DNA of 32,244 bases from Azolla caroliniana (GCA_043228905.1 JBHGNT010000352.1:1-32244), one strand, 5' to 3'. Positions 9,446-21,451 are shown, counted from the stretch's first letter. Numbers and translations: made by a program. Notes: a model not told the origin generated them from the letters alone.

Positions 9446-12400
9446 TACTTGTGATGTATATAAAACATATGTGTTGTATTATTATATGGTTTAAATGATG
9501 AAATGTACTACAGGTGCACCATACAACACGCATGCAAGAGCCTCTCTGCATGTGCACCATATAGCACACATGCAAGAGCCTCTCTGCATGTGAGCCACAT
9601 GGCCCACATGTAGAACCATCTCTTCCCTATAAAAGGAGAAGGGAGTATGGTCACAAGGGATATCGAAGGAATCAAAATCAAAGAACTATATTGTATGATA
9701 TATCAATAAATAAATAAAGAATTATATTAGATAAGAGATATCATAAGATAGAAAAAGGAAGACAATAAAAGAAAAGAACTAGTTTGACGGTCGTGGTGCT
9801 CAACTCACTACAAAAAGGGCGGAGGTTCAAGTCTCACCATCATCAAAAGCTAAAAGGGAAGATTGTGATCTACCCTCAAGAATGAGAAGAGCAGTTGCCT
9901 TGTGAGACAAAGTTCGAAGGATCAATGATGTTCACAACCATTTTGAAACTCTTTCATCAAATAATTATAAATCTCTTTTATCCTTTCAAATATCATTCTA
10001 TATCTTATCTTGTTGATCTCTATTTACTCTATCTCTACTCTTTCGTCTCTTCCGTCCATAATCCCAGTGATTCTTTCCTCACTTTCACGTTATCTTTTGT
10101 CTGTGCAACGTTATGCTTCTGGACGAGCCACGCCACGACACCGGCAGAAAGATCTATCTGTGGCTGATTACACAACCCGAATCAAGGAAATCTGCGATTC
10201 TCTTGCCTCTGTCAACGTGAATGTTGAGGACGATGAAATGGTGCAAGTTTGCCTTGGTGGGCTAGCGTCTAGGTTCAGAGTCTTCCGAACGGCGGTCTGT
10301 ACGAGGGAGAATACGCCTTCATTCTTCAAGCTTCAGTCAATTTTTCTCGTGGAGGAAAATCACGCGGGTGCGTCGACGAGTGAGCACACCAACGGCAAGA
10401 TGTTGTACACGGAGGAAGATAGGCCCCGTGGTTGTGGTGAACGAGGCGGATCGGCGCGCAATGGAGGCAGCCGACAAGAGTAGAATAACGCGGCATAATT
10501 GAAATGCCGACAGCAGTTTCGGACCCTCCACAAGTAGGGGGAGTCATGGCGGCGCTGGAAGGCGGCAAGTGAAGGCCGTGTTGGAATGTTGGTATTGTGG
10601 CAAGAAAGGCCACAATGAGAACGACTGCTGGAAAAAGAGAGCCGATTCGGACAAAGCCGGATCGAGCCGAAGAGACGTAGAGAGGCGTCAGAGATCGCAC
10701 TACGTAGAATACTCTGAACGAGCTCAAAACAAATAGGGCCCAACCTTCGTAATGAAGCATAAGGCCAATTCTATGGTCTTGACCACCTCGAAATCAAGCG
10801 AGGTGTGGTATGTTAATTCCGGAGCGTCAAATCATATGACGAGTCACGAGGAATGGTTCTCGTACTTGGAGAAACCGGAATCGCAAGGAGTGGTCGAAAT
10901 GGGAGACAACACTCTGCATACCATTGAACATGTCGGCAAAGTTCCCCTCAGCCATATCAGGCAAAAAGGGAAACTCGTGAACATGTTGCACGTCCTGACA
11001 ATAACGAAGAACCTGGTGTCGGTCGGTCAGATCATCGACTAGGGAATGCAGGTTCGATTCACGCATCTCGGGTGCTTCATAGAAGAGGAAGGCAAGATAA
11101 TCAAGCAAGGGTGTCGTGAAGGGAGGATGTTTATCCTCGAAACCAACAATGTGGGCATCGCTATGTTTGCGAAAGGGCAGAAGATCTAGTCGGACATCGA
11201 CTTGTGGCATAAGCGGTTCAGCCACGTAAATTACCCACTGCTTCATGAAATGAAGACAAAGAACATTGTTTTCAGCTTGCTGAAATTTCGGGGCCATGAT
11301 AGCCAAGTCTGTGAAGCCTATCAGATGGGTAAACAACACTGATTTCCATTCCCCAACGAGCGTAATCGGAGCCATAATCTGCTCGACTTGATCCATTCGG
11401 ATGTGTGGGGACTGGCACAAAACGCGAGTCTCGGTGGAAGCCGTTACTTTGTAACCTTCATCGATGACTTCACTCGGCACATGTGGGTATGCACGATCGC
11501 GAAGAAGAGCGAAGTCTTCGCATGTTTCCTGAAGGTGAAGAGCCTTGTGGAAAGGGAAACAGGGCGTAAGATCAAATGCCTACGGTCAGATTGGTAGGAA
11601 GGAGTACTTCTCCGACCAGTTCACAAGTTATCTACAGAAGGACGGAATTCGACGCGAATTCTCGTGTTTTTACACGCCGTAGCAGAACGGCATGGCCGAG
11701 CGGAAGAATCGGACAATTGAAGAAGCAGCGAGAGCAACGCTTGAAGAGAAGCATATGCCGAAATTCTATTGGGCTGAAGCAGTGAGGATGGCTGTCTACC
11801 TGCAGAATCAGACTTCTGTGAATGGAGCAGTGCCGAGTTAGATCGGAGTGAGTCTGACTATGGGCAAACTGAAAAGGAACCTCCACGGAAGAGGTCGACA
11901 GTAGCTGAAAAGGTCGTGAAATCGGGTAATCACGAATTACACCGATCTACCCGCCTCAAGAACCCCGTAAAGAGATACAGGTATAATGAGTACATGGCGC
12001 ACCATTACGCGTACATGATGCGAGTGGCGGAAGTGCGTGAGCCGGAGAGCTACACAGAAGCAGCGAAAGACATGAACTGTCGTGCCGCGATGGAGGAAGA
12101 GATGCGCACTTTGACTGATAATGAGACTTGGCACCTGGTTGACGCACCGAAGGATGTAAAGAAGATCGGATGTAGGTCGGTGTATAAAGTGAAATACAAT
12201 ACCAACAGCTGATTCAATCGATACAAGGCTCGCTTAGTGGCGAAAGGCTACATGCAGAAGCACGACGTGGACTACGATGAGACCTTCGCGCTTGTTGCGA
12301 AGATGACTACCGTGCGGGTTCTGCTAGTTGTAGCTGCAACAAAGGGGTGGCACTTACATCAAATGGATGTAAAGTACGCGTTCCTACAAGGTGATCTTGA

Positions 12401-14096
12401 GGAACAGGTGTACATGGTACAACACCCCGGTTTTCTATCTAAACGAAACACTTCGACAGTTTGCCGACTGAAGAAGTCACTATACGGACTTAAGCAAACC
12501 CCATGAGCTCGGATGGGGTTTACGATGTCGAAATCAGACTCTTCACTATTTGTTCGGCAAGGTCAATCTGGACCGGTTAGCCTTCTACTGTATGTTGATG
12601 ATTTAGTCATCGCCAATGCCGACCTGGAGGAAATCCGCCGCATAAAGTCTCAGCTTGTGGAATCATTCAAAATGAAGGATCTTGGAGACCTTCATTACTT
12701 CCTCGGGATCGAAGTGATCCGTACCCCCGAAGGCATATTGATCAGCCAAGGTCATTACACGCTGAATATGCTCTTCAAGTTCGGGATGGCAAATTGTAAG
12801 CCCATCTTGACCCCTCTGGACTGAAACGTAAAGCTTCGCCGAGATTCGGGAAAGGCGTGCAACTCGACACTGTTTCGACAAATTATCGGAAGCCTCATCT
12901 ATTTGACAATTACTCGGCCGGATCTCAGCTACCCGGTCGGCTTAATCAGTCAATTTATGTCACAGCCTATGGCCGAACACTTTCACTGCACACAAAGGAT
13001 ATTGCGATATGTCAGCGGCACGAAAGACATGACGTTGTTGTATCGGGTAGGTGTAGCCGAACAGTTGGTTGGCTACACGGATGTCGATTGGGCCGAAAAC
13101 GCTAGTGATCGTAGATCCACATCTGAATACGCCTTCTCATTAGGAAGTGCGGCGATCGCGTGGAGCAGTAAGAAGCAACTGACAGTAGCATTGTCGAGCA
13201 TGAAGGCCGAATATCGAGGGGTGACTATCGCTATGTGTGAAGTCATTTGGCTGAAACAACTATTATGGGATTTGCATGTGGAGGTGTCCAATCTGGTGAT
13301 GATCTATTGTGAAAAGCTTAGCAGTATCCACCTTGTGAAAAACCCTGTATTCCACGCCCGGACCAAGCACATTGAGGTGCATTACCATTTTGTCCTCGAG
13401 TGGGTCCTTTCAGGTGAAGTTGAACTAGCATATGTTCTGACGGATTGGCAAGTTGCCGACATCTTCACCATGCCTCTTGGTCTTGACAAGTTACGACATT
13501 TCTTGGGTGAGCTAGGGTTGCGTCACCTCGACACGCCGAACTTGAGGGGGAGAAAGGAAGAACAGGAACAAGAGTGTGAAAGGAGCGGAGGTGTTCATCA
13601 CGGCGGAAGTGACCATGATGAGGAATCAGACGAAGAATTCGATTTCAAACTGGTTGAAGAAGCTGAAGAAGAGAGCAAGGGCCGTAATCGTAGGGAAGAG
13701 CCGAGGACAACCGAATCAGGGGAAGGTAAGGCCAAAACCAAGACTTGGTTTGTCATTGTCAAAGGCCTAAAGATTGAAGATGAATTGGAGATAACCAATT
13801 CAGATGTAAGTGGAATTGAATCGGAAGAGACCAATTCAATCGAAATGTTCGATTCGGTTATTACAAATCGAATGAGGGCCAAGAGAAAAAAGAAAAGAAA
13901 GGGGCAGCAACGGACACACCAACACCGTGACAGCAAGGGAGCTGAGAAGGGCCGAATGAGCAGACAAGCCGACCGGAAGGGTCGAAGCGCACGAAATCGA
14001 ACGGGTTGAGGAGCGCGAGCGAGGCATGAAGCCAGAAGGAACCGGAGCGTAGATCCGGAAGAGTAGACGGAACCTCAAGTTGAGCTTGAGGGGGAG

Positions 14097-14509
14097 TGTT
14101 GAGTGACAAGCTCAACATTGGGTGCGTAATACAGTGTGTAACCCAGTGCGTAAACTGGGTGCGTAACACAGTACGCATAACGTGGCCGTATCGATACATA
14201 AACCGAAAGGCCGTTAGTATGGTATTCCTCGTGAGGAATAATTTTGGGAGTTAGTGTAGTAGGCTCATTTATGAGCAGTTAAGTACTATCAGTACTTGTG
14301 TCAGCCCGATAGTTAGGGCTTGTATAAAAGGTGCTCACTGAGCATGAAGAATGTATAGAGCGTCATTATTTTGAAATAGAACTGAGTTGTCTGCTCTGTC
14401 TCTCCCTCTCCCTCTCCATTTTTGTGTTTCTTGTGTTTTACCAAACTGTTGTTCTCCGAACTGTGTGCTCTGTGTTTCACATACGCTTTCTCACACGTAT
14501 TCTTTTACA
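14097..14509 (+). repeat. 3' LTR of copia B
   Basis: Follows the PPT; direct repeat of 8171-8582. Confidence 0.97.
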
Positions 14510-14514
14510 TGAAG

Positions 14515-16916
14515 CATGCCAATTCAGCACCCATTCCCAAAGGAGAGGAACGTGAGCAAAGGCCTATTGGACATAGTCCATTCAAATGTGTGGGGATTGG
14601 CATAGACGGCCACATTCGGAGGATGTCGGTACTATGTTACCTTCATCGACGACTTCTCTAGATACACATGGATCTTTTCCATGAGGATGAAGAGCGAAGT
14701 GTTTACACACTTCCGAAAATTCAAAACCGAAGTCGAAAAGACAACTGGCCGCCATGTAGGATGTCTTTGGTCAGACGGAGGAAAGGAATACTTCTTCAAT
14801 GCGTTCACGGCATACCTTCAATAAGAAGGAATTCAGCGAGAATTCACTTGTCGACACACACCGCAACAGAACGGTGTACTTGAACGCAAGAATCGGCATA
14901 TCCTCAAAGTAGCAAGGGCCATGCTAAATGAGAAGCATATGCCAAAGTCATATTGGGCAAAAGATACAAATACGGTTGTCTACCTCATGAACTAGTTCAC
15001 ATAATTCGGAGTGCACGAGGTCACCCCGCACGAGAAATACTATGGGAAGAAGCCAGATCTATCCCATGTAAGGATATTCGGCTCCATTGCATACGTGCAC
15101 ATTCCTGATGAGAAGCGGCAAAAGCTTGACCCAAAATCAGAGAAGTGCATCCTTGTGGGGTACTCACTAGAGCAAAAGGGGTACAAAGTGCTTCAACCCC
15201 TCTACTCGAAATGCTTGTGTAAGTAGGAATGTCATCTTTGACAAATTGACATCATGGTACAAACCCGAGCCGACTCCTCCCGAACCATCTACGAACGACC
15301 TCAACAACACAGAAAACAATGATCAACTAAGGTCAATACTCGAAGAGAGTCCGATCTCCACCAGATTGAGCGGACCACAAGAGCCTCCGAGCAATGAAAG
15401 CATATCTTGGCCAAGTCCAAAGATGGACAAAGGGAAGGCCAAAATTCCAGAACATGAAGACGATCACTTCGACGGCAACAAATCGACTCACTCATTCAAT
15501 AGTGAGTTCGATGGCTTTGATGTGCCTCTTATGAGGTCACCCAGAGTTAAGAAAGCACTCACATCGGCAAATGAGAAACTCCGTCGCTCCACCCGAGAGA
15601 AGAATCCAGTTAGCCGATTCGGCTACAACGACTATATGGCATACCACTATGCCTTTATAATGAAGGTGGTAGTAGTTCGAGAACCGGAGAGCTTTGCGGA
15701 AGCCGCTAAATATCCACAATGGGTCGAAGCGATGAACGAGGAGATGCAAGCTCTCAGCAAGAATAAGACATGGGATCTCGTCCCTCACTCACCACAGAAG
15801 AAGGCAATTGCCTGTAGATGGATATACAAAGTGAAGTATAATGCCCACGGTTCTGTGAACCGCTACAAAGCTCGACTCGTAACAAAGGGCTACGCACAAA
15901 CACAAGGAGTCGACTATGAAGAGACCTTTGCCCCAATGGCAAAGATGACAACAATCCGGACTGTGATAGCACTTGCTGCAGCGAAACCGTGGCACCTCCA
16001 TCAAATGGATGTCAAGAACGCCTTTCGTCAAGGCAAATTAGAAGAGGAGGTGTACATGGTACAACCACCTGGCTTCGAATCCAATATTCATCCAAAAGCT
16101 GTATGCCGACTCAAGAAGCCTCTCTACGGCCTTAAGCAAGCACCATGTGCTTGGCACTAGAAGATAACACAATATCTTCATCGAATCGGCTTCCGAATGT
16201 CCAAATTTGACAATTCTCTCTATGTAAGAAGCGATTCTGAAAGTCTGATTGTCATCTCCTATACATGGATGATCTGGTCATTGGAGGTGAGTATCTAGTC
16301 GACATCAACAAGGTCAAGTTCCTCCTCTCTAGAAAATTCGAGATGACGAACATGAAAGAGCTCCATTTCTTCCTCGACATTGAGGTAATCCGGACTCCAA
16401 CCGGAATAATGATATCTCAACGACACTACATCCTCAACTTGTTATACAAGTTCGGAATGACCGAGTGCAATTATGTGGCAACCCCACTTGATCGAAACCT
16501 CAAACTGGATGCGGACTCCGACACCACAGTGTGTGAGCCGACTCAGTATCGACAACTGATCGGGAGCCTCATCTACCTCACGATCACTCGACCCGACCTG
16601 AGCTATCCAGTCGGCCTCCTTAGCCAATTCATGAAAACTCAACGAGATATTCATTCGGATTGTGCTAAGCGAGTGCTACGATACGTAAGTGGAACGATGG
16701 ACTATGGCATTCTCTATAAGTCGGCCATGCCAATTCAACTCGAAGGGTACATACATGCCGATTGGGCCGGCGACTAAGCCGATCGATGATCAACCTTTGG
16801 TTTCGTCTTCTCCCTCGGAAGTGGAGCCATCTCCTGGAGTAGCAAAAAGCAACCAACCGTCGCTCTTTCGAGCACAGAGGCCAAATACAGGGGCCCGGTG
16901 GTGGCTGCATGTGAAG
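14515..16916 (+). pseudogene. pol: Copia A integrase, RT and partial RNase H (stops and frameshifts)
   Basis: [82 protein letters not shown]. Confidence 0.93.
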
Positions 16917-17705
16917 TGATGGGAACTGCAACGTTCCTTATGCGCAACGCTCGGCCACAACCGAGCTTAGAATGATACACAGAAAACGGGAAATAAAACA
17001 CAACACAAAGAGGAGACAAGGTACACAGGAGGTTTACGTGGAAAACCCCAAACGAGGGGAAAAACCACGGCAGCCCACAAGCTGCAAACTATCACTATGA
17101 TGAAATGTACAACACTGAGTTCACTGAGGCACCGACCTCCTGCTCACAGATCTTCGCCACAGCCGGCGGTTACAATAGAGGCAGCGACCTCTTTCTCTCT
17201 CTCTCTCTCTGTACAGTTACGCACACTCTCAATTCTTGCACCAACAAGAATGACAAACAACTACTCACTAAAAGTTTGCCCTAAGTCATATTTATACTAA
17301 TATGACTTTTCGGCTATTTACAAATGTAGCCTCGATGGGCTCTCAGAAACATATTTACGAATATGTCTCTTCCTCCGGTTCGCACCGGGTCTGCGTCATT
17401 CGGCTCTCCGTAGTCGGGTGCTCCTCATCCGGTTCTCACTGGTTCTGCACCATCCGGCTCTCCGTAGCCGGGTACTCCTCATCCGGTTTGCACCGGGCCT
17501 GCACCATCCGGCTCTCCGTAGCCGGGTACTCCTCATCCGGTTCCCACCGGGCCTGCACCATCCGGCTCTCCGTAGCCGGGTACTCCTCATCCAGTTCACA
17601 CCGGGCCTGCACCATCCAGCTCTCCGTAGCCGGGTACTCCTCATCTAGTTTCGTCCGAGGCACTGTTCTTCTCCCTTCCCATCTAGAGGGACCTGTCTCC
17701 CAACA
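16917..17705 (-). repeat. 3' LTR of copia C (789 bp)
   Basis: 7/8 terminal IR, adjacent PPT, TATAAA on the minus strand at 17296-17291. Confidence 0.88.
17371..17650. repeat. 54-bp tandem repeat (5 units plus a partial) in U3 of LTR C
   Basis: Unit tcatccggtttgcaccgggcctgcaccatccggctctccgtagccgggtactcc; it produces the 18-aa repeats seen in the ORF track. Confidence 0.95.
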
Positions 17706-17715
17706 AACTCCCCCT

Positions 17716-20490
17716 TCACTCCGGCATGGGCTGACTTACCAACCCGATCCTCTTCTGGCATGCGTTCAGCTTGTTGGGTGTCAGCACTTTGGTTAGCATA
17801 TCTGACCCGTTCTCGGCCGTGTGGATTTTCGTCAGCGCGGACTCCTGGTCATCTACTCTTTCCCGGATCCAGTGATATCTCCGCTGGATATGCTTCGTCC
17901 GGGAATGGTAGGCCGCATTCTTAGCAAGGTGGATGGCACTTTGACTGTCGCAATAGAGTCGGTATTCATCTTGTCGGATACCGAGCTCTTCGATGAAATC
18001 CTTCATCCATAAGATTTCCTTGTCGGCTTCCACAACTGCCATGTACTCCGCCTCTGTGGTTGACAATGCAACCGTCTTCTGCAGCCTCGACTACCAGGAA
18101 ATAGCTCCCCCTGCATATGTCATTACATACCCGGATGTAGACCGGCTAGTATCCACATCAGCCGACATGTCCGAATCGGTGAAACCGTCCAGTTGAGGTT
18201 TTCCGGAGCCGAATTGGAGACACATATTTGAAGTGCCCTTCAAATACCGGAGTATCCATTTGACCGCGTTCCAGTGCTCCTTGTCGGGATTGCTCATGAA
18301 CCGGCTCACCACTCCGACTGCGTATCCTATATCCGGTCGGGTACACACCATTGCGTACATCAAGCTCCCGACGGCAGAGGCATATGGAATCTTCCTCATA
18401 TCCGCCTTCTCTACTTTCGTCTTCGGGCTTTGTTTACCGGATAGCCTGTAGTTTGCTGGAAGTGTCGATCCGACTGGTTTCGCCTCTGACATGTTGAACC
18501 GGTGAAGCACCTTTGTCACATACTTCTCCTGTGACAACCATAATTGCTTCACTGACCGGTCCCGAATGATGTGCATCCCCAACATCTGTATTGCCGGACC
18601 CAAGTCTTTCATTGAGAAGGTCCGGTTGAGAGCCTTCTTCAGCATCCATATTTTGACTTGGTCCCGTCCGACGATCAACATGTCATCCACGTACAGAAGG
18701 AGTATCAAGAAATTGCCTCCTTCGAACTTCTTCACAAACACACAGTGATCGGCCTGCGTCTTGTGGTACCCTTGATCGGTCATGAAGGAATCGAACTTCC
18801 GGTACCATTGTCGGGGAGCCTACTTTAGTCCGTACAGGCTCTTCTTCAGCCGGCATACCAGGTGCTCCTTCCCTTTCTCCACAAATTCTTCCGGTTGCTG
18901 CATGTAGATCTCCTCTTCGAGGTCGCCATGAAGGAATGTCGTCTTCACGTCTAGCTGCTCTACCTCGAGGTCCATGCTAGCCGCTATACTCAGCACCGTC
19001 CGGATGGAGGTCATCTTTACTACCGGGGCAAATATCTCGTCGAAGTCCACGCCCTTCTTCTACTGGAACCCCTTCACCACGATCCTGGCTTTGTATCTCG
19101 GGGGGTTGCCGGCATCTCCCGGTTTCAACTTGTACACCCACTTGTTTCGGAGTGCCCGCTTTCGTTTCGGCAACTCCACCAATTCATACGTATGGTTCTC
19201 ATGCAGGGAATCCATCTCATCCTGCATGGCACTTAACCATTTTCGGCTGTGGGTGTCTTCCTTCGCTTCTTCGAAGCTTTCCGGCTCCCCCTCATCGGTC
19301 AGCAGAACATGATCTGCATCCGGAAATCTCCGAGGGGCCCTTCTCTCTCTGAGAGGATATCTCCGTCTCTGGGCTTCGGTGACCGGCTCATCCATCTACT
19401 CTTCATCCGAATCCGATTCAAGGTCTTGGCCAGTTTTGGTTTCAGCTTCCTCTACTTCTTCTTCAGCCTGTTCGGTATCCTCACCGTAACCGGCTAGTCC
19501 CTCGAGTGCTAACCGGTCTCTTGCCGGTTGGGTCTGCTCATCGTAGAGTCAATCCATACCGGTCGACTCGAAGTTCATTATCTTCTTCTCCGACTCCTAG
19601 TCGGCGAGTGTCTTGTCCTCCATGAAGATAATATCTCGACTCCGGAATACCTTCTTGTCGAACGGGTCCCACACTCGGTAAACGAACTCATCGTCACCGT
19701 AACCGAGGAATACGCATGGCCGGGTCTTTGGATCTAACTTTCCTCTCCGGTCCTTTGCTACATGCACATACGCGAGACACCCGAACACCTTCAGATGCCG
19801 GTAGGACACTTCCTTACCGGTCCATACTCTCTGTGGCGTGTCTCCGTCCAAGGGTACTGAGGGTGATCTGTTTATCACGTATGTCGCCGTCGACAATGCC
19901 TCAGCCCAAAACTTCTTGGGTAGTTTTGCATGTGCTAGCATACTCCGGACCCTCTCCATTATGGTCCGGTTCATCCTCTCGGCAAGTCCGTTTAGTTCCG
20001 GCGTCTTCGGCACGGTAAATTCGAGCCGGATTCCCTTCGAGCGGCAGTACTCCTCGAACTGCCCCCGGTATTCTCCTCCGTTGTCTGCTCGAACCGCCTT
20101 CAGCTTCCGGCCGTTTTCTCTTTCCACTCTCGCGTGGAGCTCTTTGAAGACGGATAACACCTGATCCTTCGTCTTCAACGGTGTGGCCCACAGCTTCCGG
20201 TTGTGGTCATCTATGAACGTCACGAAGTACTGCGCTTCGGCATGTGACTTCGTGTCTACTTGACACACATCCGTATGCACCAACTCCAGTGGTGCATTAC
20301 GTCTCATCGGTGGCCTTGGTCGGAAGGAGGTCCGGTTCTGCTTACCGGCCAGACAATCAGTGCACTTCTCTAAGTGCACGTTCTTCACTGGAATGAGGTT
20401 GTCGTCTGCAAGCCTCTTCATCCCCTTCTCGCTCATATGACACAGCCTCTTGTGCCACAGCTCACCGGCAGTGTCGGATGCCATGTTCAC
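17716..20490 (-). pseudogene. pol: Copia C pol: integrase, RT, RNase H (several premature stops)
   Basis: LWHKRLCHMSEKG, VHTDVC, RADNGGEY, TPELNGLAERMNRT, RYKARIVVKGF, LYVDDMLI, YASAVGSLMYAMVCTRPDI, RTKHIQRRYHWIRE; these motifs are typical of Tnt1-like pol. Confidence 0.95.
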
Positions 20491-21387
20491 TTCTTCCGGA
20501 CATAAAAGAAAAATGGTTTGTTGAAATTATGAAAATCCAGTTACGTTAATAAGTAGGAAATTTTCTAAACAGGATAAAAATGTTTGCCTAACATTGGTCA
20601 TCTCATAAGATTCAATGTTCTTGGCATATGAGGATTAAATATCATCCACCATATGCAGTAAAAAAAGGTGTATAAGATGCCATAATTCATCACCTCAACA
20701 ATTGGTGGACAAATTATTGCTTAGATCGTTTCCACATATTTTTACCCTTTCTAAAGTAAGGATGGGAAAACCTATATATTTTTACACGCTCCATGATTTT
20801 GCATATGAGGATTACATTATTCCTGCCACACGTTATCCACCTCAAACTATAAAGATGCCTTTCCTACTTGATGATTGAACTTTGTCCTTTATTGTTTCAA
20901 TAAATGTTTTTGAGCATACAAGTGGATTGTAGAATAATTTATTGTTTATCTTTCTTTGCCCATCTCTTTATAGGATTGTAAAATAATTGGTTGGTTATAC
21001 CTTTGCACATGTTGCTACAACAATGTTGAGCAATTGATTGCCCACATGTTTGCACAAATTTCTACGCCATCTAGGATAAGACTAGAGGCATCCTTTCACA
21101 TATTCTCAAGTAAATGAGCATCATTGACATTTTTTGTGTTTGTACAATAATATTGGACCCTACAAGAGAACATTACAACACATGAACAATGTTGTACCTT
21201 GGTAGTCAAACTAATCCTTCATGCATTTTTTTATGATGAGTCTTAGCCTAAAATTAGTGTAAATTTAGTTTCAAGTATAAAATGTAGCTCACATTTTTAT
21301 GTTCTTAAATCAGAAGCATCCTTCATTTTGAAAGGTTAACAAATATAAAGTTATCCAAAATATGAAACCATATTCCATCTTACCAAC

Positions 21388-21404
21388 GTATGTATATATA
21401 TGTA

Positions 21405-21448
<44 letters not shown>
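21388..21448. repeat. (TA)/(TATG)/(TG)n microsatellite
   Basis: Seen directly. Confidence 0.95.

Positions 21449-21451
<3 letters not shown>

Larger units (their letters stand above)
9045..10140 (+). mobile_element. Solo LTR E (1096 bp) inserted in gag of copia B
   Basis: Perfect 7-bp IR TGTCGTG...CACGACA; 4-bp TSD CCGG (9041-9044, 10141-10144); removal restores gag frame ELSNVRQKDLSVADY; TATAAAA at 9628-9634. Confidence 0.9.
8709..14009 (+). pseudogene. gag-pol: Copia B gag-pol (stops, internal deletions, interrupted by solo LTR E)
   Basis: MGSSLPTEKLDRSNY gag; CWYCGKKGHNENDC knuckle; VWYVNSGASNHMT protease; IHSDVWG and FIDDFTR integrase; YGLKQ and LYVDD reverse transcriptase; HARTKHIEVHYHF RNase H. 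Confidence 0.93.
8171..14509 (+). mobile_element. Ty1/copia LTR retrotransposon B, both LTRs present, nested in the integrase of A
   Basis: LTRs 8171-8582 and 14097-14509 (about 36 substitutions and 1 indel by eye, ~91% identity); TSD TGAAG at 8166-8170 and 14510-14514; PBS TGGTATCAGAGC 8583-8594; PPT GAGGGGGAG ending 14096. Confidence 0.97.
16917..20503 (-). mobile_element. Ty1/copia element C, Tnt1-like (Tork-type), 5'-truncated
   Basis: 3' LTR 17705-16917 with TGTTGGGA...TCCCATCA ends; PPT GAAGGGGGAG at ~17717-17708; pol below. Gag, protease and 5' LTR are absent. Confidence 0.93.

Noticed and set aside
17371-17650. CRISPR-like palindromic repeat array
   Set aside because: Units are contiguous with no unique spacers, there are no cas genes, and it lies inside a eukaryotic LTR.
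17302-17796. 164-aa repeat protein and overlapping ORFs
   Set aside because: By-product of a 54-bp (multiple of three) tandem repeat in an LTR.
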